A DNA stretch of 64,000 nucleotides from a virus. The stretch lies in IMG/VR virus record IMGVR_UViG_3300045988_174665. One strand, written 5' to 3'. Of this stretch, positions 27,079 through 35,500 are shown in pieces (the stretch's first letter is position 1; each line of letters opens with the position of its first letter). The notes below the pieces were generated by a model. That model saw only the letters and a list, made by a program, of their open reading frames with translations. It ran no database searches and was not told where the DNA came from. A program made the position numbers and the translations under genes.

Positions 27079-27284
27079 TGATAGATAAGAATTTGTTAGT
27101 AAATGCCAAAAAAGCTAAAGATTTTATCAATAAAATTCCCTGTAGTGACGATACTAATATCTCTTTAATTTATTTAATTCAAGGTCTTTTTCCCAAAGCA
27201 GAACAAAAACTTAAAGAGAACCTTGAAAAAAAGTATATTAGTGGATATATTGATGGAAGGAAGGATGCTTTAAATGGTAATTAA
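27078..27284 (+). CDS. hypothetical protein
   Basis: 68-aa ORF coupled to the nrdD stop (TAATG). No motif recognised. Confidence 0.5.
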   Translation: MIDKNLLVNAKKAKDFINKIPCSDDTNISLIYLIQGLFPKAEQKLKENLEKKYISGYIDGRKDALNGN

Positions 27285-27747
27285 AGGATTAGTAGAAACA
27301 GATTTTTGTAATTATAAAAAAGCTTCTATGTTTATAATCTTTCCTAAATGCAACTGGAAATGCGAAAAAGAGTGTGGGAGAGCTATTTGTCAAAACAGCT
27401 CTCTTGCACGCAGTCAGGAGTATGAAGTTCCAATAGAGACTATTGTACAAAAGTATTTAAACAATCCAATTACAAAAGCAATAGTTTGTGGCGGTCTTGA
27501 ACCTTTTGATAGTTATGAAAGTTTAATACAACTTACTAAAAGACTTCGAGAAAAAACAGAAGATGATATAGTAATTTATACTGGTTACAAAGAAGAGGAA
27601 ATTTTCCCTCAAATTCAACAGATAATTAAATATAAGAATATTATAATAAAGTTTGGTAGATTTTTACCAGACCAAAAAAAGCATTATGATGAGATTTTAG
27701 GCGTAAATTTAGCAAGTAAAAATCAATATGCAAAGAGGTACGAATGA
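27274..27747 (+). CDS. nrdG: class III RNR activating protein-like (radical SAM)
   Basis: Cys cluster FPKCNWKCEKECGRAICQN near the N-terminus (CX3CX3C rather than the canonical CX3CX2C) and a GGLEP motif. Position next to nrdD supports the call. Confidence 0.65.
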   Translation: MVIKGLVETDFCNYKKASMFIIFPKCNWKCEKECGRAICQNSSLARSQEYEVPIETIVQKYLNNPITKAIVCGGLEPFDSYESLIQLTKRLREKTEDDIVIYTGYKEEEIFPQIQQIIKYKNIIIKFGRFLPDQKKHYDEILGVNLASKNQYAKRYE

Positions 27748-27935
27748 TAAAAATAATTTTAAATCCCGATTTGGAGAGAGTTAAGGAAATTAAAAACAAA
27801 ATAAAAGAAAAAGGTGGATATTGCCCCTGTAAGCTTTTTAAAAATGATGATACAAAATGTATGTGTAAAGAGTTTAGGGAACAAAAAGAGGGAGAATGCC
27901 ATTGCGGGCTTTATATTAAAATATCAGAGGTGTGA
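27744..27935 (+). CDS. ferredoxin:thioredoxin-reductase catalytic-subunit-like small Cys protein
   Basis: 63 aa with CPC-x9-CMC-x10-CHC (GGYCPCKLF...KCMCKEF...ECHCGLY). This resembles the CPC...CPC...CHC signature of FTR/FDR. Confidence 0.55.
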   Translation: MIKIILNPDLERVKEIKNKIKEKGGYCPCKLFKNDDTKCMCKEFREQKEGECHCGLYIKISEV

Positions 27936-27936
27936 T

Positions 27937-28560
27937 ATGGTAGTTAGTAATGTAAAAGTGTATGATTTGGAAGAATCTTTAATAGCTAGTGGATATCCAA
28001 TGAGAGTTAAGTTAGAAGAAAAAAAAGTTAGTGAAAAAGATTTATGTAGAGCAAAAAGTTTAATCAAAGCTTCAGAAAAAGATAACCAAGCACATATTCA
28101 ATTTTTAACCGGTATAAGAGTTAATTTTGATTTAACTTTTTCTACTAAAGCTTGGGTTGAAGCTGAACGATATCGTTTTTTAGAATTTGTTAGCTCTCAA
28201 AGTACAATGCATTGCCTTCCTAAGTTTGAGCTTTCTAATCAATATAATAAGTATGTTGACCCAAGAATTATAAATGTTATGGAAGAAAAAATTAATTTTT
28301 ATAATCATACTATAGAGTTAAGAAAAACCTCTAAAGACCCAAAGGTCATTGATAACTTAAATAAAATTTTAAAAGAATTATATTTAGAGTTATTGTATTC
28401 TAACCCCTGTGGCTTTACTTATACTGCCCGAATGACCACAAATTATCGTTGTTTAAGAAACATTTATAAGCAAAGAAAAAATCATAGACTGCCGGAATGG
28501 AAGAAATTTTGTCGATGGATAGAAACTCTTCCCTACGCAGAGGAATTTTTAATAAATTAA
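27937..28560 (+). CDS. divergent ThyX-like protein
   Basis: Start at MVVSNVK (GAGGTG SD). AWVEAERYRFLEFVSSQSTMH aligns to the ThyX RHRxxSxxxxSxRY motif but is degenerate. NPCGFTYTARMTTNYRCLRNIYKQRKNHRLPEW aligns to LP...T.N.R.L..F..LR....AQ.E. Confidence 0.45.
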   Translation: MVVSNVKVYDLEESLIASGYPMRVKLEEKKVSEKDLCRAKSLIKASEKDNQAHIQFLTGIRVNFDLTFSTKAWVEAERYRFLEFVSSQSTMHCLPKFELSNQYNKYVDPRIINVMEEKINFYNHTIELRKTSKDPKVIDNLNKILKELYLELLYSNPCGFTYTARMTTNYRCLRNIYKQRKNHRLPEWKKFCRWIETLPYAEEFLIN

Positions 28561-28570
28561 AGGAGTAAAA

Positions 28571-29521
28571 ATGAGTAAGATAATTGATTTTCCAAAGGAA
28601 ACCGAAAAAGAAGTAAAAGAAAATAAAAAGAAAAAGCCCATATTACAAGATACTATGGATTCAATTGGTCAATTTGTAAATTTAGATGGTACAGATGAAT
28701 TTGTGAAATTATTGTCATTGCCAGATAGGGAATTTCTTCCCTTCTCAAAATTGGTACTTTCCGAATTTGAAGCTGGTTTAAGAGATGCAAATAGTAGATT
28801 AGAGATTACCAAAGCTTTAAATAGTAAAGGATTAAATGCAAGTAACTTAGGGGAATTAGCCTCAAAAACTTGTGAAGCTATTGATACTCAGTTATCAGAA
28901 ATTTTTTCTGTAGTAAAAAGAGATTTTTTAAAGCAATTAATAATGCTTTCGGCAGATGCGGTTATTTCTACTTCTGGAATAGCAACAGAAATTCTTGCTA
29001 TTCCTTTTGAAAAAGATAAAGAAGCTCTTACGCCAGATTATGCTAATGTTGGTGATGCAGGTATGGATATTTATGCTTTAGAAGATATAGATATTGAACC
29101 CGGTGAAACAAAATTAGTTAAAACTGGTATTAAAATAGCTGTACCTTTAGGTTATGAAATCCAAGTAAGACCAAAAAGTGGTATTAGTTTAAACTCTAAA
29201 ATGAGAATTGGTAATGCCCCTGGCACCATTGATAGCCAATATCGTGGAGAAGTGGGAATTATTGTTGATAACATTGACCCACCAATTAAAGATATAACTT
29301 ATGATTTCGATGAAAAACATCGACCAATTATAACTTCTATATTGCACGGCTCACCAATACATATAGCAAAAGGGACAAAAGTTGCACAACTGGTTATTAG
29401 TAAAGTAGTATCTGCTCACTTGTATCCAGTTAATAAAATTGAAGAAATTGAAGGAAATCGTGGTGGTGGCTTTGGTTCTTCTGGATTAACAAAAAAGGTG
29501 AAAGATAATGTCAAAGATTAA
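28571..29521 (+). CDS. dut: dUTPase with a ~150-aa N-terminal extension
   Basis: All five trimeric dUTPase motifs lie in the C-terminal half: GDAGMDIYA, RPKSG, GTIDSQYRGEVG, KVAQLV, RGGGGFGSSG. Confidence 0.9.
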   Translation: MSKIIDFPKETEKEVKENKKKKPILQDTMDSIGQFVNLDGTDEFVKLLSLPDREFLPFSKLVLSEFEAGLRDANSRLEITKALNSKGLNASNLGELASKTCEAIDTQLSEIFSVVKRDFLKQLIMLSADAVISTSGIATEILAIPFEKDKEALTPDYANVGDAGMDIYALEDIDIEPGETKLVKTGIKIAVPLGYEIQVRPKSGISLNSKMRIGNAPGTIDSQYRGEVGIIVDNIDPPIKDITYDFDEKHRPIITSILHGSPIHIAKGTKVAQLVISKVVSAHLYPVNKIEEIEGNRGGGFGSSGLTKKVKDNVKD

Positions 29522-30248
29522 AATAGAAGATATTCAAAAAGAAATATCTGCTTTTAATTGGAAAGTGTTATCAACTGAATATAAAAACTTAAATGAAGAG
29601 ATGGTTTTTGAATGTTCAGAAGGTCATAAAGTTTATAGCTCATGGGGTAAAATAAGAAAAAAACTTATTTGCCCCGTGTGTGAAAAAAATATTTATAAAT
29701 ATAAAGAAAATAAAGTTGTACAAAAAAAAGCTAAGGTTAGAAGAATCTTGGCATTAGACCAAGCAACTCATATAACAGGGTGGTCAATTTATGACGGTAA
29801 TCAGCTAATTAAGTCAGGTATTTTTGAAACCAGACAAGAGAATGAGATAAAACGAGATTTGGCTTTAAAAGAGTGGTTAATTAATATGATATATCTTTGG
29901 CAACCGGATTATATTGGTTTAGAAGATATACAACTTCAACAATTCAAAAAAAATAATGATAATATTATTGGAGTTCAAACTTTTAAAACTTTAGCTCATT
30001 TACAAGGCATCTTAATGGCAACTTTACAGGAATTAAATATCAATTATGGACTTTGCCCGCCCGCTACTTGGCGTTCACATTGCAAAGTAAAAGGCACTAC
30101 AAAAACCGATAAAAAGCGTTCTATGCAACTTTTAGTAAAAGAATGGTTTGATATTTCAGTAAGCAATGATGAAGCAGATGCTATTGGCATTGGAAAATAT
30201 GTTAGTGAAGTTTTGGCGAAAAAAAATGACATAGAAATATGGGAATAA
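29508..30248 (+). CDS. RuvC-like Holliday junction resolvase with N-terminal zinc ribbon
   Basis: ILALDQATHITGWSIY (first catalytic Asp), IGLEDIQ, DEADAIGIG. N-terminus carries CSEGH...CPVC. Confidence 0.75.
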   Translation: MSKIKIEDIQKEISAFNWKVLSTEYKNLNEEMVFECSEGHKVYSSWGKIRKKLICPVCEKNIYKYKENKVVQKKAKVRRILALDQATHITGWSIYDGNQLIKSGIFETRQENEIKRDLALKEWLINMIYLWQPDYIGLEDIQLQQFKKNNDNIIGVQTFKTLAHLQGILMATLQELNINYGLCPPATWRSHCKVKGTTKTDKKRSMQLLVKEWFDISVSNDEADAIGIGKYVSEVLAKKNDIEIWE

Positions 30249-30252
30249 AAAA

Positions 30253-30272
30253 AAGAGGGCTTTCGCCCTCTT
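30253..30272. terminator. bidirectional terminator between the convergent arms
   Basis: AAGAGGGC / GCCCTCTT stem with TTTC loop, flanked by A8 upstream and a T-rich stretch downstream. Confidence 0.8.
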
Positions 30273-30281
30273 CTTAATTAA

Positions 30282-30566
30282 TTAAACAAACTTTTCTAAT
30301 TTATGTGTAATGCGTTCTTTCCATTCTAATAAATGGTCTTCTACTAAATCTTTAAAACAATGACCGTCTTTTTCCTCATCACATAATTTATCAAACAGTT
30401 CTTTAGTATGAGGGAAACTTGTGGTTATTCTTTCTTTAGCAGAAGTATATAGAAATTTAGCAACTTCTGGGCATTCATTTGTTAAATGTTTAGCCCAGTC
30501 CATCCACATTTCGGCATCTTTTAAATCGTCTGTCATTTTATTATATAATGCTTTATATTTTAACAT
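30282..30566 (-). CDS. hypothetical helical protein
   Basis: 94-aa ORF, last gene of the - arm. No motif recognised. Confidence 0.55.
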   Translation of the reverse strand: MLKYKALYNKMTDDLKDAEMWMDWAKHLTNECPEVAKFLYTSAKERITTSFPHTKELFDKLCDEEKDGHCFKDLVEDHLLEWKERITHKLEKFV

Positions 30567-30577
30567 ATTGTCTACCT

Positions 30578-30994
30578 CTAAGCTATCTTTCTAATAGTAA
30601 CATTAACATTATTAAAGACAGCCTCTTCTCCAGTGTTTACAAAGGTTAAATTAGTTGTATTATCTATTGCACTGCAACACGGTAGTACTCTAATAATTGT
30701 ATTAAAGCTAATAGCTACCAAATCTGTTGTACTTGCTGAGGTAGCCGAAGAGGTAGCTCCCGGAACAGCAACCCCATTATTTTGAAGCTGAACAGCTACT
30801 GTTCCGGCGGTAGCGGCATTTGTCGCACCAGTACCATTAAAAGTTACATAATAATATCCAGACTTTTTTAAAGTAAAAGTAGAAGTGCCGGCGGAATGGT
30901 TAGTTACACAGTTATTTCTAATTGAATTATTATTAAAGTCAATAGTTCCATTAGTAGATATTGTTTGAGAAGTGTTTGTATAACTATTTACCAT
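30578..30994 (-). CDS. C1q/TNF-like (BclA C-terminal-domain-like) protein
   Basis: 138 aa, S/T/N/A/G-rich and beta-rich. The pattern FTLKKSGYYYVTFNGTG...VAVQLQNNGVAVPG...NTIIRV...VNVTIRKIA resembles BclA_C/C1q jelly-roll heads. No collagen-like stalk. GGAGG SD. Confidence 0.4.
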   Translation of the reverse strand: MVNSYTNTSQTISTNGTIDFNNNSIRNNCVTNHSAGTSTFTLKKSGYYYVTFNGTGATNAATAGTVAVQLQNNGVAVPGATSSATSASTTDLVAISFNTIIRVLPCCSAIDNTTNLTFVNTGEEAVFNNVNVTIRKIA

Positions 30995-31009
30995 TCTTAG
31001 TCACCTCCT

Positions 31010-31720
31010 TTAGGCACAATTACAATTACAGCCATAACCCACATTACTTACATTAGTTGTATAAGGTGAGCAAGTAATATAAGCTGGTGTTGGGAACGGG
31101 CGAAGCTGATTAATTAGATTAGCATTTTGAGCCTGTTGAGAAAGCTGGAAATTAGCTGTCTGTAGATTGTCACGAAGTGTTTGAATTTCTGTCTCACACA
31201 TTTTGTCAAGGATTCTCTGTGTATTTTGATTCTGAGCATTAATTACATCACAGAATCCTTTTGACATCTCATATTTAACACCATCAATATTTCGATTTGT
31301 TTCGCAGCAGCATTGCTGACTATCAAATCTTGCTTGGTTAATATTAGAGGTTACATTATTAAAGCCTTGACATAAAGCTCCTTCTACACCATTGAAGCCC
31401 TGTAGAGCAGTTGTGTTCATAGCATAGAATCCATCACAAAGTCCGTTGCTTAGTCCATCAAGCTTATTTACAATTGTGTTGGTATCAAAACCTCTTTGTA
31501 ATTCTGCTTGAGTTAAAGCGTTACCTGCGGCATCTCTATTACCAAAACCGAATCCGTTTCCTCCAAAAGCACTAAATGCCCAAATCCATACAAGATAGAC
31601 AAAGGGATTATTCCACATATTATCCCTATCATTATCTGTTAAAGCTGCGACCGTTGCTGCATCACAATTGTTACGGTTAGTTAAAGCCATTACATCAGCA
31701 GCAGATAAACCGTCTGTCAT
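31010..31720 (-). CDS. Cys/Asn/Gln-rich protein of unknown function
   Basis: 236 aa with one hydrophobic/Gly-rich segment (FVYLVWIWAFSAFGGNGFGFG), 14 Cys including QQCCCE and C-terminal GYGCNCNCA, and an N/Q-rich helical part. Strong GGAGGA SD. Confidence 0.6.
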   Translation of the reverse strand: MTDGLSAADVMALTNRNNCDAATVAALTDNDRDNMWNNPFVYLVWIWAFSAFGGNGFGFGNRDAAGNALTQAELQRGFDTNTIVNKLDGLSNGLCDGFYAMNTTALQGFNGVEGALCQGFNNVTSNINQARFDSQQCCCETNRNIDGVKYEMSKGFCDVINAQNQNTQRILDKMCETEIQTLRDNLQTANFQLSQQAQNANLINQLRPFPTPAYITCSPYTTNVSNVGYGCNCNCA

Positions 31721-31771
31721 AAAAAATTCCTCCTTTATTTAGAAAATATTTATATTATAACCCTTTTTGGG

Positions 31772-32023
31772 TTATTTTAAACTGTTAATAAAATTTAAAC
31801 CATTTTGAATATCTATATCAGATATTCCTTGATTTTTAGCTTGTTGTACTAATTGTTGTAAAGCATTATTATTAATTTGTGGTAAAAATTGTTTGAATTG
31901 CTGTTGATTTAATGGTATGTTTTTTGAAGCATTTGTAGAATTATTCATAAACATAGAAAAAGGATTCTGTTTTCCATTTCCCATCATATTCATAAACATA
32001 CCAAAAGGGTTAGATGAGTTCAT
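31772..32023 (-). CDS. small N/Q/M-rich protein
   Basis: 83 aa with a duplicated NPF(G/S)MFMN motif at the N-terminus. Overlaps the upstream gene end. Confidence 0.5.
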   Translation of the reverse strand: MNSSNPFGMFMNMMGNGKQNPFSMFMNNSTNASKNIPLNQQQFKQFLPQINNNALQQLVQQAKNQGISDIDIQNGLNFINSLK

Positions 32024-32414
32024 TTAATTTTCCTCCTTTATTTATCAGAGTAGAGAGCTTTTTTTCTAGTTCTTCTACTCTTTTTTTATAACTTTGATAG
32101 TCTGCTAATAAATTTGTTGTATCCGTTTCTTTTTCCTTTTCCTTTGGAGTTTCATATGGCATTAATTTATATGCCATAAACATTGGGCTTCCATTCTGCA
32201 TTGTTTTTATATATAACAAGTTCTCGGAAGGACAAAGGGCTAACGATAAACCAACTCCCATTGGTACATTTGCCACCTCTAATGAGTTATTAATTGTGTA
32301 TACACTACCTTGCGGCTGAGGGAATAACTGAGTAGGTTGAAATTGTACTGACGGAGAAGCGGAAGAGGGATTATTTTGTATTTGATTGTAAAGCTGTTGA
32401 AAATTATTAGCCAT
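32010..32414 (-). CDS. hypothetical protein (Q/P-rich N-terminus, coiled-coil C-terminus)
   Basis: Start taken at MANNFQQ (AGGAGG 8 nt upstream). First gene after the terminator at 32553-32580. Confidence 0.55.
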   Translation of the reverse strand: MANNFQQLYNQIQNNPSSASPSVQFQPTQLFPQPQGSVYTINNSLEVANVPMGVGLSLALCPSENLLYIKTMQNGSPMFMAYKLMPYETPKEKEKETDTTNLLADYQSYKKRVEELEKKLSTLINKGGKLNELI

Positions 32415-32552
32415 CACCATTCCTCCTTTATCACTTTTTCTCATCCGATTATAAGTAGAGAAAAGCATAAGTAAGTATAATTTTTTTGGTAAATTTTAAT
32501 GAAAACTGAGATGTTTGTTTTAAAAAGAATGTGGAAAATCAACAAAATTTTC

Positions 32553-32580
32553 TAAAAAAGAGAGGCATTAAGCCTCTCTT
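32553..32580 (-). terminator. rho-independent terminator after the Tal-like gene
   Basis: AGAGAGGC (32559-32566) / GCCTCTCT (32572-32579). The A run on + at 32554-32558 gives a T run on the - strand. Confidence 0.75.
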
Positions 32581-35500
32581 TTATCTTATGATTTCATTAA
32601 GTTGTTTTTGTAATATATTTATGTCTGTTGTAATATTATTTAATTGGTTTTGAGTCGTAAGTGAAGAAGAAACATTTGAATAATTACCCGTGCCATATTC
32701 TACATTTTTTATGGTTGCAGCCATTCTTTGGAATAAATCTTCGTAATCAGTTCTATAATTTTGAATAGTAATTTTAGTTTCAGCAGGGTTATCTAAATTA
32801 TGATTAATCTCAGATACAATAACTTCTTCTTTATAAGGAGTTATTTTTTCTTCATCTGACCAACCAAAAAATTCAGTATCTTCTATAAAGGTTTTATCTC
32901 TAATCTTAAAATCATATAGTTTAAATTCTGGTAAGGCAGAAATTTCTAAAGCATCAATTGTATAGCTGACTTTAGGAAAAGCATTTTCTCGTGCCTTTTC
33001 TATTGCTGAGAAATAATATATATTATCATCCATAAAGTCTTCTGACATCCAAGTTCCTTCTTGAATAAAGGCAGCATATTTATCATAGAAATCTCGTAAA
33101 ATTTTAACTTTTTGTTGGCTAATCGAATTAATTGAAGTTAAAATGCTATTATAATTTTTGCGTGCTGTAGTGTACTTATTATTATAATCTCTGTAGATAC
33201 GCTTATAAGCGGGAATTAATTTTTTATAATATTTAATAGTTTCTATGTAGCTAGTAAATAGTTTGTTGTTTTTAAATTCTTTAAAATAAGAATCATTGTT
33301 TTTAGTCAGGTAGTTGGAATAGCTTTTACCAGTTAGTTCATAGAAATTATTATAGTATTCTGTTAATAGTTTATTTATATTATCTACACCAAGTTTATAA
33401 GTTTCAACCATAGCTAAATACTTACTTTTTAAAATGCTATAAGTACCCAGATTTTTACTGTATTGTCTATTATTATTATTTAATTGTCTTAATAAATAAC
33501 AACAATTATCATAATTCTTTAAAAATAGTTTTTTTGAAATTAATCCTTGGTTAATATAATAAGACAAATCTAATATAAAGTTTTCTCCAATCGGATTGTT
33601 TTCAGCTCTTGCAATAGAGCAGAATCCATTCTCTCCATATTCATTAGAATTACTTTTTACTATTAATTTTGTAGAAATATTAGAAGAATCTATCGACCTT
33701 TGAATTGATTTTAAGTTAATACCATATTTAAATCCTGCATTATTAACTTGATACTGTTTTCTTTTAAAATATAAATATTTTAAAGGTTTATAAGTTTGTG
33801 TGTCATATTCTATATCACCCCGTTCAGAATGAAGAATCTCAAAATCCATCCAACAATCAAAAGTTTCGCATAGTTTTAGTAAGATATCATAAACATTGCT
33901 TTCTGTTGCAACAATTGAATTTTTCTTTTCGTAGGTTAAATCAATTTTAGGAATAAAGCTTGGGTCATCATAATATCCTTTATATTCATAAATCATTTTA
34001 TTAGCTTCGATAACTCCCTCATTATCACCGGGATTAAAATAGTAATAAATTGTATTATTTACATTGTCATTAACTTCTGAAGGATAAATTAAATTACCGT
34101 CCTTATCTCTATATTCTTTAAACAACTGACAATCTGCAATTCCGACATAAGATTCTCCACCTGCGCTATAAACTACATCTCCAAGTATGAATAATCCAAA
34201 ATTATCCTTAATCAAATCAGAATATTCTAAATTACCATATTTTGAGTCATCATAATGATAATCTCCAAAAGCCACTAAATCATAAATTCCATATATTCCT
34301 TCACCTTTGACTGTTGATGTCTGAGTAAAACCTGATACATTCCAAATATTAGACATTATTAATAAATCTATCATATCCTCGTGAGGAATACCAGAAACTT
34401 CTTTAGTTAACCCCTTTGTTTTTGACCAAGTTGTGGAAGTATCCCTGTTATAATTTTCTTTATAGGCGTATGTGATATTTGTAGCGTGAGTTTTAGGATT
34501 ATAAAAAGAGTAATTATTAAAAATTCTAAACCCGTTATAGCTTAAACTCTTAGAAGTACTATCGTTCCATAAAGATTCTAAAGTAGTTTTTCTTTCTCCA
34601 TTTACATCATATCTAAAATAATTTTCATTCCAAATAATCATATTAATTGGAGAAAAATAATATTGTTTTCCATCTTGAGGAAAAGTATAGGTAAGTTTTG
34701 TATTTTTATTATTTATTAATTCTTGAAGAGTCCATTCTCTTAAATTTAAACCGTCCTTCGGCTTTTGTCCAGTATAGTCTCCATATCCACTAAAATACTT
34801 AATCATCTCTCTGCCCGGACCTTCTTCTCTAGAAGTTAATATATAAGCTATTCTACTAGTATCTGGGTCTCGCGGATTATATTCTGTGCCAGAGGGGAAA
34901 TTTACTTGTTTAATAAAATTAACGGCATTACTTTCTGTACTCCAATAATTAGCTAAATATCTTTGCACAAAAAATAATGGCGCCCCACCATCTTTTAATA
35001 CAGTATTATTATAATATACAGGCACAAGTGAATTTGTATATATATCTTTTTCTGAGGCTAAATTATTAGTATCATTATTAAAAGAGATATAAGGAGTTAT
35101 TAAGTTCTCTTTAGACTCATTTAAGGCAGCGTTTTCTATATTACTATTATATTTTGCGATAACTGGATGTAATAAATTAAGTGGTAACATATCATTATTT
35201 AAAACAGATATAGATAGAGCATATTTGTCACCCTTATTAAGTTGATTTATAGTATAACTATAATCAGAAAAACCAGTATTATACAAACAAGGAAAATAAA
35301 ATCTATTATATCTACTATGCAAAGTATTACCAAATAATTTCCAGTTTAAAATAGGAACTTCAGAAGCTTTTCTTGTTAATGCAGCATCTTTAGTTTTAAT
35401 TCTTGAAGTTAAATCTAAAGAAATTAAATTGGTAACTGCTGTTTTTCCATTTTGATTACATGTATCTAAAGTTTTCCAACCATCAGTAGAAATAAAATTA

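Noticed and set aside
27814-27936. Upstream extension of the ThyX-like ORF overlapping the FTR-like gene
   Set aside because: The extension is out of frame with the Cys-motif protein that clearly occupies this DNA. The ATG at 27937 has a GAGGTG SD.
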